DNA from: Dictyostelium discoideum
Lineage: Eukaryota
Reading direction: 5' to 3'
Length of the DNA stretch: 64,000 nucleotides
Assembly (NCBI GenBank): GCA_000004695.1
Contig: CM000151.3
Span: 6,944,001-7,008,000, forward strand
The translations under genes were made by a program, and so were the position numbers. The notes beneath the pieces are model-generated. The model searched no databases, had not been told where the DNA came from, and saw only the letters and a program-made list of their open reading frames with translations. Below are positions 53,399-64,000 of this stretch, in pieces. Positions within the stretch are counted from its first letter, which is position 1. Each line of letters begins with the position of its first letter.

Positions 53399-54137
53399 AT
53401 TTAAAATTTAAACTTACAGGTGCCATCCAACAAGGTGTACCAACAAAAGTATTTCTACTTGTTTCACCAGTATCAATTAATGTTGCACTAACACCAAAAT
53501 CACTTAATTGAATGTTACCATTTGAATCGATTAAAATATTACCAGATTTAATATCTCTATGAATTCTGCCAGTTTTATGAAAATAGCAAATTGCTTTCAA
53601 AGCTTCTTTGAGGATAGTGGCGATAACATGTTCTTCAAAACCTTGAGGGAATGAAAATCTCATGATATCAGAGCATGAGCCAGCTGATAAAAAATCCATA
53701 ATTACCCATAGTGACTCGTTATATACAAAACTTGTGTGGTATGCAACTACATTTGGATGATGACAAAGACTCATTGCCTGTATTTCCTTTCTAATCTCTT
53801 CTAATGATACGTTTTTACAATGCTCTAAATCTATAATCTTTATAGCTACATTCTCTTGAAATGGTAAACATATTGCACGTTGTACTAATCCGCTTCCACC
53901 TTTACCAATGGTTTCCTTAAGTTCATATTGATCTGCTGAATTTGGGTAATTTTTTCTTGGTTTTGGTGTTATTGGAGATGCTGCCGTTGTTGTTGTTGAC
54001 GTTGTTGTTGTTGTTGTTGTCATGGAGGAGGATGAAGCTAATGTCGATGATGATGATAATGCTGCTGCTGTACTTTGCTTTGAATCTATATGATGCTTAT
54101 CATGATGTTTATCATGATGATATTTATCATCGGACAT
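50954..54137 (-). CDS. STE20-family OSR1/SPAK (Fray)-like Ser/Thr kinase with a long C-terminal extension. The extension contains an RS/RD/RE dipeptide-repeat (SR-protein-like) domain and a terminal coiled coil. It has 2 exons.
   Basis: Exon 1 is 54137..53418 (...YELKETIGKGGSGLVQRAICLPFQENVAIKIIDLEHC...HRDIKSGNILIDSNGNIQLSDFGVSATL..TFVGTPCWMAP) with a GTAAGT donor. Exon 2 is 53320..50954 ([52 protein letters not shown]...). This follows the OXSR1 kinase domain nearly residue by residue, and a PF1-like ..SADEWIFPNE.. segment follows it. About 180 aa of SRDRSRDRSRDRERDR... repeats follow (nt about 51300-51800), then LDSQATHISYLEDKISTLTNWLQQQNL..LQTQLDVLQSENSYLRNENINLKTI. The antisense/alternative-frame ORFs at 51115..52077 and 51247..51958 are repeat artefacts. 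Confidence 0.9.
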
Positions 54138-54845
54138 TTCTAAATGTACTTTTTATATATATATTTTCTTTTCTATCTATTTTATTAAATTAATAAAAGT
54201 GGAGTTTTTTTCTTCTTAAAAAAAAAAAAACTGCTATTTACTTATATTAAAAAAAACAAATTGTGTTGCAGTTTTTTTTTTTTGGTTTATTTTAATTTTT
54301 TTTTTTTCTATCCAAAAAAAAAAAAAATATATATTTTTGACTTGGTCTTAATTTCTCCTCTTTTAAATTTAATTTGTTGGGTAAAAAAAAAAAAAAAAAA
54401 AATGAAAAATTGATATTAGATAAATATTTTTAAATATAAAAATACAAACAAATTTTTAAATAAATAAAAAATTTGATTTTTCGATAAGTTTAGGTTTTTT
54501 ATATGTGTATTTGTGTGAGAAAATGGTGTGTTTGTAAATATTTATGTTTTTTTTTATTTTTTTCAAAATAAACCCATAAAAAAAATAATTTAAAAAAAAA
54601 AATAAAAAAAATAAAAAAAAATAAAATTTTTTTAAAAAAAAAAAAAAAAAAAACAAATGAAAACACGAACAAGGCCAACCCACTTTTTTTTTAAAATAAA
54701 ATATTAATTAATATGAAAGATTTTTTTTTTTTAAAGTTTAGGGTTGTGACTACTAAAAATAACTTTATAGTTTTATATGAAAATTTTTGTATCTGTGTTA
54801 TAAATTCTGAAAAATGTGAAACTGACAACTTTTTTTTTTTTTAAA

Positions 54846-54905
<60 letters not shown>

Positions 54906-55403
54906 CAATAAAATTAATTTTACAATTGTAATAATATGTGTAACATACACAAATTGATGATGAAATGGTTGTACCTTATTATTATTATTATTAATACTAC
55001 TGTTTATCCTGGTATTTTTTTTTTTTTTTTGTTTTTGTTTTTTTTGTTTTTTTAATTTTGTTTTTTGTTTTAAAATTATTTTTTAGGAAACAAGAAAATA
55101 AAAAAAAAAAAAAAAATGAAAAAATGAGATAACAAAGTGGATTATATAGGTATTATAAATTTGGAATTGAATGATCGCATTGTCAATCTAAAATAATAAT
55201 AAAACAATTTTTTTTTTTTTTTTTTTTAAATTACCAACAATAACAACAAATGAATGAGCTATTGTTTCTTTTTTTTTTTTCGTTTGTTTATATTTCTTTT
55301 TCCTTTCCACCTCTATTGTTTATGTTGGTGTTATCACTAATTTAATTTTATTATTATTATTATTATTGTTATTATTATTATAATATTATTAATTATTGTT
55401 GTG

Positions 55404-55435
<32 letters not shown>

Positions 55436-55741
55436 TAATAGTACAAATTTTTTTAAAAAAAAAATAAATATTTATAAATAAATAATATAGGATAAACAAT
55501 AATAAATATAGGAAAGAAAAAAAAAAAAATAAATAAACACTATTGATATATTTTATGGTGGCTTTTTATTATTTAATATTATTATTATTATTTGTTTTAT
55601 TATTTATTATTTTTATTATTATTATTATTATTTGTTTAATTATTTTATTATTTTTTTTAACTCCTATATTTTTAATGGATTGGAAAGATAGGGGGTGAAA
55701 GGAAAAAAAATAAAAAAATTTAATTTTTTTTTTTAAAGATA

Positions 55742-55772
<31 letters not shown>

Positions 55773-58700
55773 CCAATTTGTGTAATATTACTACTATAAT
55801 AAACTTTGATTAATTGGTAAGGTAAAAACTATAGATAGTTTCAAAAAAAAGAAAAATTAAATTTTAAAATAAAAATAAAAAAAATTTTACATTTGTGTAT
55901 TTTTTAAAATTTTTTAATATATACAAAAAACAAAAAACAAAACCCAAAAAAAAAAAAGTTTAATTTGGAAACATAAAACAAAACATTATATCAGTGTGTG
56001 GTGTGGGGTTGTGTGCACAATAAAAAAAAAACAAAATAAAACAAAAAATAAATAAATAAATAAATAAATAAAAAACAAAGAAAAACTTTTTTTGGTGTGC
56101 GCGTGCGAAATGAAATATACTCTGGTCATTAAGAAAAAAAAAGGAAAAAATGAAATAAAATATAATGAAAATTTTTGAAATAAATAATTTATTATTACTT
56201 TTTATTATAAATATAAATAATTATTTGTTTTTATATTTTTCAAAATAAAAATAAAAATAATAAAAAAATAAAATAAAAAAAAAAAGCTGTGAATGGATAA
56301 AAACTGTTTTGGTTTTGGTTTTTTTTTTTTTGGTTTTGGTTTTAGTTTTTTTTTTTTTTTTTTTGATGATAAAAATCCAATTCAAATAAAAAAAAAAACT
56401 TTTGGATGATCGACTATTATCGAAATTCAGATTATATTGAGTGATTATTATTATTAAAAATAAAAAGAAAAAAAAGAAAAAGGCATTCTTTATTATTATT
56501 ATAATTGAAAATAGTATTAAATTATTACTTTTCTATTTTATTTTGTTTTATTTTGTTTTGTTTTTTTTTTTATTATTTTTTTATTTTATTTTTTTAGAGA
56601 ACTGCATCTGTTTTTTTTTTACTTTTTATACATACTAAATAAATAAAATAAATATTGTTGGTGTTTTTAATAAAAAAACTAACCTTATATGTTCATTTAA
56701 AATTTTTTATTATTATTTTTTTTTTTAAGCACAAAAGTGGAAAAAAAAAAAAAAAAAAAAAAAAAACCAAAAAAATAAAATAATTAAAAAAAAATAATAA
56801 AATAAATAAATAAAAAATAAAAACAAATAAAATAAAAAATGTATGTAAAAAAAAAGTGTCAAAAAAAATTTAACCACTGTTTAAACGATAAGAAAAAAGA
56901 AATCATATACACACACAAAGTAGTTATATAAAATTGGATTATTATAAAAACATTAAAATATTAAAATTTATCATTTATTATATTTTTATTTTGGACTCGA
57001 CATATTCCAAAAAAATTTTAATAGTGGAATTCAAGACAATATTATTTAATTATTTAAACCTACTAATTATAATAAAAAAATTGAAATAATGATTATATGT
57101 GTATGTATCACTGATACTGTTTAAAACATTTAACAAATTAAATTGGTAATTATTCTCCTATATATATACACTAATATTATTATTATTATTTTTTTTTTTT
57201 TTTGCGTGTTGTTTTACATTTAATTAAAAAAAAAAAAAAGAAAAAAAAAAAAAAAAAAAATAATAAAATAAATAAATAAATAAATAAAACAAATAAAATA
57301 AAAAATAGAAAAAAATAAATTAAATAATAATTCCAAGATGTATATTTTTTTTTTTTTATTTTTTTATTTATTTATTTATTTAAAAAATAAAGGGGAAAAA
57401 AAAAAAAAAAAAAATATAGGAAGGTGCACTGTTTAAATAATATAACCAAAAAAATAGATTATTTTTTTTTTTAAAAAAAAAAAATAAAATAAAATTAACT
57501 TAACTAAACAAGTAGATATTTAAAAAAGGAAAAATAAAAAAAAAAAATAAAAAATAAAAAATAATATCAACAAACTTTTTAAATTCAACAATAATTGACG
57601 AATAAAAACTATTGAAATTGAAGTAATCGAATTACCTTTTTAGTTGTTGCTTATGTATTTGTGTTTATAGTTTTATAAAACTATCCTCTTGTTGATATTT
57701 GTTAATTTATAATATATTAATGTGTATATAATAAATCTACAATTGATTTTTTTTTTTTTTCTTTTTTCTTTTTTTTTTTTGTTTTTTGTTTTGCTTTTTT
57801 TTTGTTTTTTTTTATTTATTTATTTATTTATTTAATGTTTATTTGGTGGAATTGATTTTCTTTGATTTAATAATTTTCTTTGACTAAATAAAATTATATT
57901 ATTACTATGGTTTTTATTATTTATGAGCTTATTGATCATTATACTCTATGATAAGGGGATTATGAAATGGAAAATTTTATGTGATTTTTATTTTGGAAAT
58001 TCTGGTAAAAAAAAAAAAAAAAATTTAAAAAAAAATATATAAAACTATATTCTTTTTTTTTTATGTTATTTATTTATTTGTTTTTTTTTTTTTTTTTTTT
58101 TTTATTAAATATATATAAAATAATATGTTATTTGTGAAAAAACAAATATATATAAAAAAAAAAGAAAGAGAAAAAAAAATTTTGAAGTGAGGAAAAGTAA
58201 AACTTTTTTTAAAAAAAAAAAAATAAAAAAAATAAAATTGTGAAAAAGCCGAAAGTTTTTTTTTATTTTTTTTTTTGGCTTGCTCGAAGAAATCAAAAAA
58301 AAATTTTTAGATATTTAAATTTATAAAGGGTCATTTTTTTTATTTTTTATTTTTTTATTTTTCATTTTTTTTATTTTTTTTTTTTTTGAGGATCGATTGG
58401 TTGCTCAATTATAATAATAGGAACATTGTAATAATAGTTATAAAAATAACCATTAACACCTGGTTAATAATAAAACAAAAAAATTAAATTCTCTTTTTTA
58501 TTTTTTTATTATTTTTTTTTTTTTTTTGGGGTTTTTTTTTTTTTTTTTTTAAAAATTATTAAATCATCAAAACCCAAATTTATGTTAGTCTTTTGGAATT
58601 AATTTTATTTTTTTATTCAAATAAAACTATTTTTTTTTTTTCCAAAGAATTTGGTTAACTATTTCTGAAAAAAAAAAAAAAAATTTTTTATTCATTTTTT

Positions 58701-58802
58701 TTATATCTACCTGGTCCATAAAAAAAAAAAAAAAAAAAAAAAACCAAATATATAAAGAAGTTTGTATTTGATAAAGTCAAAAAGTCTAAAATACAAACTT
58801 AC

Positions 58803-58840
<38 letters not shown>

Positions 58841-59132
58841 AAATCAAAAATAAAAAATAAAAAAAAAAAAAAAAAAAAAAAGATTGAATCCAGGAGGGCT
58901 GGTAAAAAATCAAAAACCAGTCTTTTTTATTTTTATTTTTAAACTTTTTTTTATTTTGGGCATCAACAACTTTTATCCGTAACAACGAATTTTATCATTG
59001 CAACCTTTGGAAGCACATTGCCCACCTTTTTCTGTTATTTTAATAATAATTAATAAAAAAAAAAAAAAAAAAAATTAGTTTTTTAAGTTGTTTGGATTCA
59101 TTATTTTTATTATTATTTATTTATTTATTTAT

Positions 59133-59576
59133 TTAATAATTACCTAAATATTGTTGATGTTCAGTTTCAGCAGGATAAAATACACCAGCTGGTAAAATTT
59201 CAGTTGAGATTGGATCTTTATATTTTAATTGTTCTTTTTCTTTACTTGCAATTGCTTCATTCTTTTGTTCTTCATTATGATAATAAATACCAGATCTATA
59301 TTGTGTACCTACATCATTACCTTGACGATTTAATGTTGTTGGATCATGTTTAGACCAAAATAAACCTAACAATTGATTGTATGTGACTTTTTCAGGATCA
59401 TATTCCAATTCAACTGCTTCAGCACATCCAGTTTTACCACTACAAACTTGTCTATAGGTTGGATTCTCTACAGTACCGTTAGTATAACCAACTCTTGTTT
59501 TTGTAACACCTGCTACTCTTTGAAATAATAATTCAACAGACCAAAAACATCCTGCTGCAAATGTTGCTTTTGTCAT
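59133..59576 (-). CDS. msrA: Peptide methionine sulfoxide reductase MsrA. It has a single exon.
   Basis: The sequence is [34 protein letters not shown]...[52 protein letters not shown]...[11 protein letters not shown]. The active-site GCFWS motif is present and the fold is conserved throughout. Confidence 0.9.
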
Positions 59577-60295
59577 TTTTTTTTTTTTTTTAATATATTA
59601 ATATATATATAAATATATAAAATTTTTTTTTTTTTTTTTTATTAACTAATGTGTGTTTATATAAATTTTAAATTAAATTAAAATTTTTTTTTTTTATTTT
59701 TTTTTTTTTGAAGTGGAAAAAATAATAAAAATGAAAATAAAAAATTAATGAAAAAAAATAAAAATAAAAAATTATTTGAAAAAGTTTCAAAGCAATCCAG
59801 TCATTCTATTATTTTATTCGAAGCACACATTCTTTTGTGGTTCCAATTAATTCATTTTTCAGACATTTATAATTTGGTATTTTAATTTCGATCAAGTTGT
59901 ACTACATGTTATAATAAAAAAAAAAAAATAAAAAAAAAAAAAATAAAATAAAGTAATTGAATTTAATAGGTATCCACATAAATAAACAGTAAATATAAAA
60001 TAAACAAAACAAAAAACTTTTTGATATTGATTGCATTTTGTATGGGTCATAACATAATGACGCATTTCAACCTTTGGATAATCAACCAATGAAAGCCTTA
60101 AAGAATACTCAACTCATTGATACTGTCAATGGGTGACTTGAATAGAGTTGGGGAGATTAAAGAGGTTGACCAATAACAGCATCAATAACAAGTTTATCAA
60201 TTTTAATTTCTATTGATGGTACAACCAGAGAAAATAGAAAAATCAAAAAAAATAATACTATTTTATTAGCAAAAAAATTCAAAAAACATCAAAAT

Positions 60296-60367
60296 GGGAG
60301 ATTAGTTAAGTGGTATAATGCTACCTTTGGGTGGTAGCGTCCTGAGTTCGATTCTCGGATCTCCCCA
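60296..60367 (+). tRNA. tRNA-Pro (anticodon UGG).
   Basis: The sequence is GGGAGATTAGTTAAGTGGTATAATGCTACCTTTGGGTGGTAGCGTCCTGAGTTCGATTCTCGGATCTCCCC. The acceptor stem pairs GGGAGAT with ATCTCCC. The anticodon stem-loop is CTACC-TTTGGGT-GGTAG. The T-arm is CTGAG-TTCGATT-CTCGG. Confidence 0.85.
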
Positions 60368-60396
60368 TATTTTTCAACCAAAAGTGATTTGGTCGC

Positions 60397-60408
60397 ATGT
60401 TCGACTCC
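60397..60408 (+). promoter_or_regulatory. External B box (exB) about 30 bp downstream of tRNA-Pro.
   Basis: TGTTCGACTCCC matches the B-box consensus GGTTCGANTCC in 10 of 11 positions, at the expected distance. Confidence 0.5.
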
Positions 60409-60460
60409 CATATAGTAATATTCATAAATACAATCTGAGAGGTTACAGTAAGGATCAAAA

Positions 60461-60496
<36 letters not shown>

Positions 60497-61571
60497 AATC
60501 AAAAAAATAATTAAAATTTATAAATAAAACTATTAATCACTGTTTTCCCAAATGGAAAAACAATGATTAATCAAATATATAAAAAAAAAAAAAAAAAAAA
60601 AAAATCATAAACCTATTAATTACTGTTTATTTCCTTTAATGGATAAAAAATTGATTAATCATTTTTAAAGAAAAAAAAAAAACAAAATTTTTGAAAAATA
60701 TCCGGATGAGGTAAACAAAATTTCCAGTATCCCTTTACCTCTCGCAGCACTCTTCCATCTGAATTACATCCCCTTTGATATGTTTTTAAAATTATTAAAT
60801 GAATATGGCTTTTAAAATTTATATTGTTAAAAAATAAATAAATTTATATTATTTCTAAAGGCATTTGTTTAAAGTTTATTTTATGTTAATGTTTGAATAT
60901 AGATTAGAAATATTATAATTTTGATAAAAAATCTATTTTTTAATTGTATTCTTTTATTTTATTTTTTTATTATTGAGTAACCGACATTAAAAACTCCTTT
61001 TGAGAAAAGTCTTTGTTACTCCAATAATTTATTAAACCAGATTGTTGAGTGATGGCTAGCCATTCAATTGAGCAGTTGCAAAACTATTCATAAAGCATAT
61101 TAATACTTGGTTATTTGAGTTAGGGGTGGCCATTCAATTGATCAGTTGCAAAGTATCCTTAAAGCATTTAATACTGTGGTAAAGCAAATGAGATTTAGAG
61201 CTACATATTTGGCAGATTTTTATAATCCTTCTAAGAGAAGAAAGAAAAAAGAAAAGAAAATAAAAGAGAAAAAAAAAAAAATTAAGACTATCCAAATTAT
61301 TATTTTAAATATTTTTATCATAATATAAATAATTTACTTTTTTCAATTAAATCGATTTTATAAAAAAAAAAAAAAAATTTTTATTATTGATACTGTTGTT
61401 ATAATTTTGTAAAAAATATTATAAATATATTTACCAAGTACAAAAACCATGAATTAAAAGATTTACTTTAATTAAAGAATATTTTTTTTTTTTTTTTTTT
61501 TTTTCTTATTTTTTTTTTTTTTTTTTTTTTTTTTCTCTTTTTTTTTTTTTTCTTTTTTTTTTTCTTTTTTT

Positions 61572-61650
<79 letters not shown>

Positions 61651-61801
61651 CTTTTTTTTTTTTTTCTTTTTTTTTTTTCATATTCTTTTATTAAACAATT
61701 ATAAAATGGAATCAAATGGTTTTGTCCGAGATAAATCTTTTAACCCCTGTTATTGAACAAGTCATATTAAAACAACAAATATCCCTAATAAAAAAATACT
61801 T

Positions 61802-61832
<31 letters not shown>

Positions 61833-61992
61833 GAAAAATGATTATTAAATTATTACATCCATTTTTATTTGATTTAAATATTTATATAAAATTATTATTT
61901 TTTAGTTTGTTGACAATAGGTTTTTTTTTTTTATTTGATTAAAATATTTATATAAAAATATTATTTGGAATTAAAAAAATTTTCTTTTTTTT

Positions 61993-62033
<41 letters not shown>

Positions 62034-62416
62034 ATAATCAAGATGGTCCATCTTTAGAAATATTTTCAGTTTATCCTAAAAAGGTTTAATTACTTTTTTG
62101 GAAATGACCAAAATTGATAATCAAAATTTTTTTGGTTTATTTTCAAAAAAAAAAAAAAAAAAAAATTATATCAACACCACAATCAGCTATTCTTCCCTTT
62201 TTAGAAATAAAAATAAAAAAAAAATAAAAATAAAAATAAAAATAAAAATAAAAATAAAAATAAAAATAAAAATAAAAAAATAAAAAATTATTTTTTATTT
62301 GGAAAAAGTGATTGATTTATTATTATTAATGAATTATTACTTTTAAATTTTTTTTTTTTTTTTTTCACTTTGGACAAGTCACAAAATTTCTTTTTCAATT
62401 ACATTTTAATATTTTG

Positions 62417-63250
62417 CTAACTTTTATTTCCAGTGTCATGAGTATGTAAAATGTGAATTTCCCACAACTCTTTATTTAAATTTAAAATTGAAACGATTTG
62501 TTTAAATATGATTCTTGCATATTTTAATAATTCTGATGAACTAAAATCAAGTTTCATTTGATTTAATTTTGAATTAAAAGCATCTCTTATTTTTAAATTA
62601 CTACAACCACCTGTTTCAATATCTGATAACCAATCGATTGTTTCTTTATCTTTAATTGTAACAATCATATCATTATCAATTAGGTTTAATGTAATTTCTT
62701 TCCATTTCGATGATGATTCTTTACCTATAATTGAATGTAATTGTTTTTCAGTTATTGTTTTATTATTATTTAGTTTGAATTTATATAAAATTATATGGTT
62801 CCAATTGGTGTTTATATTTATTAAATAAGTAATTTGTAATATCAGAATGCTCTTGGTTTGTCAAAACAATCTATAGGATCTTCAATAACGGTAATACATG
62901 ATTCAATAATTGGTGATAATGTTTTAAAATAATAGTATGAAGTTAATTTTGAACTATCTATTTCAATATAGTTTGATATTAATTGATGAGCTGTTTTGAT
63001 TTGATCAATTGTTGACTCTAATTAACTTTAAAAATAAGAAATTTAATATCAACGATAAATTTAATAATGATAATTGACCATCAATTAAAAATTGAATCAT
63101 TTCAATTAAATCTTTATATAAATATTTGCATGTATAGATTGCATCGTATTAATCATCATTACCATTTAAATTATCAAGTCTTGAAGCAAATTGAATCATT
63201 TGAATAATATAATATTTAAATGAATCAAAATTTTCTTTAAAATCAAATTG
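62417..63250 (-). CDS. Unassigned minus-strand coding segments. This is either a multi-exon gene with short introns that could not be phased, or a frameshifted pseudogene.
   Basis: Three open segments on the minus strand are present in different frames: ..PINQFDFKENFDSFKYYIIQMIQFASRLDNLNGNDD; DLIEMIQFLIDGQLSLLNLSLILNFLFLK; ..TIDQIKTAHQLISNYIEIDSSKLTSYYYFKTLSPIIESCITVIEDPIDCFDKPRAF; then ..ITYLINININWNHIILYKFKLNNNKTITEKQLHSIIGKESSSKWKEITLNLIDNDMIVTIKDKETIDWLSDIETGGCSNLKIRDAFNSKLNQMKLDFSSSELLKYARIIFKQIVSILNLNKELWEIHILHTHDTGNKS*. Codon usage looks coding. No family was recognised. Confidence 0.3.
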
Positions 63251-63295
63251 GTTTATGGGAAATAATAAATAAAAAAATAAAAAATAAAGATTGAA

Positions 63296-63600
63296 GGTTC
63301 CACCGAATATGAAGAATTCCTAATAATTAAATTAAGAAAATCAAAGTCCAAACATCACTGTGTTCCAGAACCAGTGTTTCTGAATCTAGTCCCATTTGAT
63401 AACAAAAGATTGAATTTTCTTTTTATTTTTCCAAATTAATTTAATTTTAAGAAAAATTTCTCATTTATAAAAATAAAGATATTTTTTAAAAATATCTTTG
63501 AGGTGGGAATTCATTTTCGATTTTTTTAAAATATCTATGAGGTGGGAATTCATTTTCGATTTTTTTAAAATTTTTTTTTGTTTTTTTTTTTTTTTTTAAA
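63296..63600 (+). mobile_element. Short 3'-terminal fragment of a TRE-type retroelement: a degenerate ORF2 end plus a tandemly duplicated 3' module.
   Basis: ..IKLRKSKSKHHCVPEPVFLNLVPFDNKRLNF is homologous to the ORF2 ends at 3282-3330(-) and 6540-6600(+), and is preceded by in-frame stops. A 44-bp unit ATCT(A/T)TGAGGTGGGAATTCATTTTCGATTTTTTTAAAAT is repeated twice at 63486-63573, which is C-module-like. Confidence 0.55.
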
Positions 63601-63642
63601 ATTTGTATTTATTTATTTTTTTTGTTTTTTTTTTTGTTAAAA

Positions 63643-64000
63643 ATGAAAATATTATTTATTTTAGTATTGTTTTTTATTTTTGGGTTCAAACAACAATTAA
63701 CATATTGTCAAGTTGTTTGTAATGGTTGGATTGATTCAGATTTACAAGTAATTACAACACCTTGTGGAGAAAATATAGGAAATCCATGTCAGACAATTGA
63801 TCAAGCTGTTGAAACTTGTGGAAATTATGATACAATAAATTTATATTTCGCTCAAACAACAAAACCATTTATAATAAGTGAGAATGGTTCATTCAACTCT
63901 ATCAATAATAAAACCATTACTCTTAATAATATTAATAATAATAATCAACCAATTTTAATTGATTTATCAACTACAACAAAACCATTTATAAATATTACTC
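63643..64000 (+). CDS. N-terminal part of a secreted Cys-containing protein (signal peptide, then Asn/Thr-rich repeats). It continues beyond the window.
   Basis: The sequence is MKILFILVLFFIFGFKQQLTYCQVVCNGWIDSDLQVITTPCGENIGNPCQTIDQAVETCGNYDTINLYFAQTTKPFIISENGSFNSINNKTITLNNINNNNQPILIDLSTTTKPFINIT... There are no stops to the window end. Confidence 0.5.
   Translation, partial: MKILFILVLFFIFGFKQQLTYCQVVCNGWIDSDLQVITTPCGENIGNPCQTIDQAVETCGNYDTINLYFAQTTKPFIISENGSFNSINNKTITLNNINNNNQPILIDLSTTTKPFINIT

Noticed and set aside
60461-60493. A(33) tract after tRNA-Pro as a retroelement poly(A) tail
   Set aside because: An element ending here in + orientation would have to overlap the tRNA gene. It is more likely a simple A-tract.
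61472-61715. Poly-K ORFs / long T(C)n tract as a minus-strand element tail
   Set aside because: It is a homopolymer with scattered C. No adjacent retroelement body on the appropriate side could be recognised. It is treated as simple sequence.

Overview
This window is eukaryotic genomic DNA of the Dictyostelium discoideum type, not prokaryotic DNA, so there are no operons, CRISPR arrays or prokaryotic defence systems here. Evidence for the organism call is in the sequence: it is very AT-rich, with GC-normal coding islands between long homopolymer and microsatellite deserts. Coding regions are interrupted by short AT-rich spliceosomal introns of the GTAAGT/GTATGT...AG type, sometimes with a TACTAAC branch site. 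CAA/AAT codon runs encode poly-Q and poly-N. There are two tRNA genes, each with a downstream external B box. Three fragments of tRNA-gene-targeted non-LTR retroelements (TRE) are present, two of them flanking the tRNA-Leu gene and one further away.

I resolved about 22 protein-coding genes by translating across introns. In window order they are:
- a Cdc7/MAP3K-epsilon-like kinase C-terminus (sepA-like, partial);
- a CDC50/LEM3 flippase beta-subunit;
- a secreted GH25 lysozyme with a mucin-like Ser/Gly repeat tail;
- ribosomal protein L7;
- an Elp6-like protein (tentative);
- USP7/HAUSP (6 exons);
- a very large protein with two tandem CRIB motifs followed by at least five gelsolin repeats;
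- a small Cys-rich (Siva-like?) protein;
- a TIM21-like single-pass membrane protein (tentative);
- an S4 + RluB/RsuA pseudouridine synthase;
- a BAR/arfaptin-homology domain fused to an auxilin-type J domain;
- an IFI6/IFI27 (ISG12)-family protein;
- the ER Hsp70 BiP (ends HDEL);
- a tandem array of three syntaxin-16/Tlg2-like Qa-SNARE paralogs, the middle one divergent;
- an OSR1/SPAK(Fray)-type STE20 kinase carrying an RS/RD dipeptide-repeat tail;
- MsrA;
- a partial secreted protein at the right edge.

The most interesting non-obvious structures are:
- a ~1.15 kb tandem segmental duplication at 38.0-40.3 kb, with a chimeric junction and different content in the two units;
- the divergent middle member of the SNARE array;
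- several unusual domain fusions;
- a candidate small ncRNA at 43.3 kb.

All coordinates come from manual translation. Splice sites are inferred from GT...AG and frame continuity, and none were checked with software.
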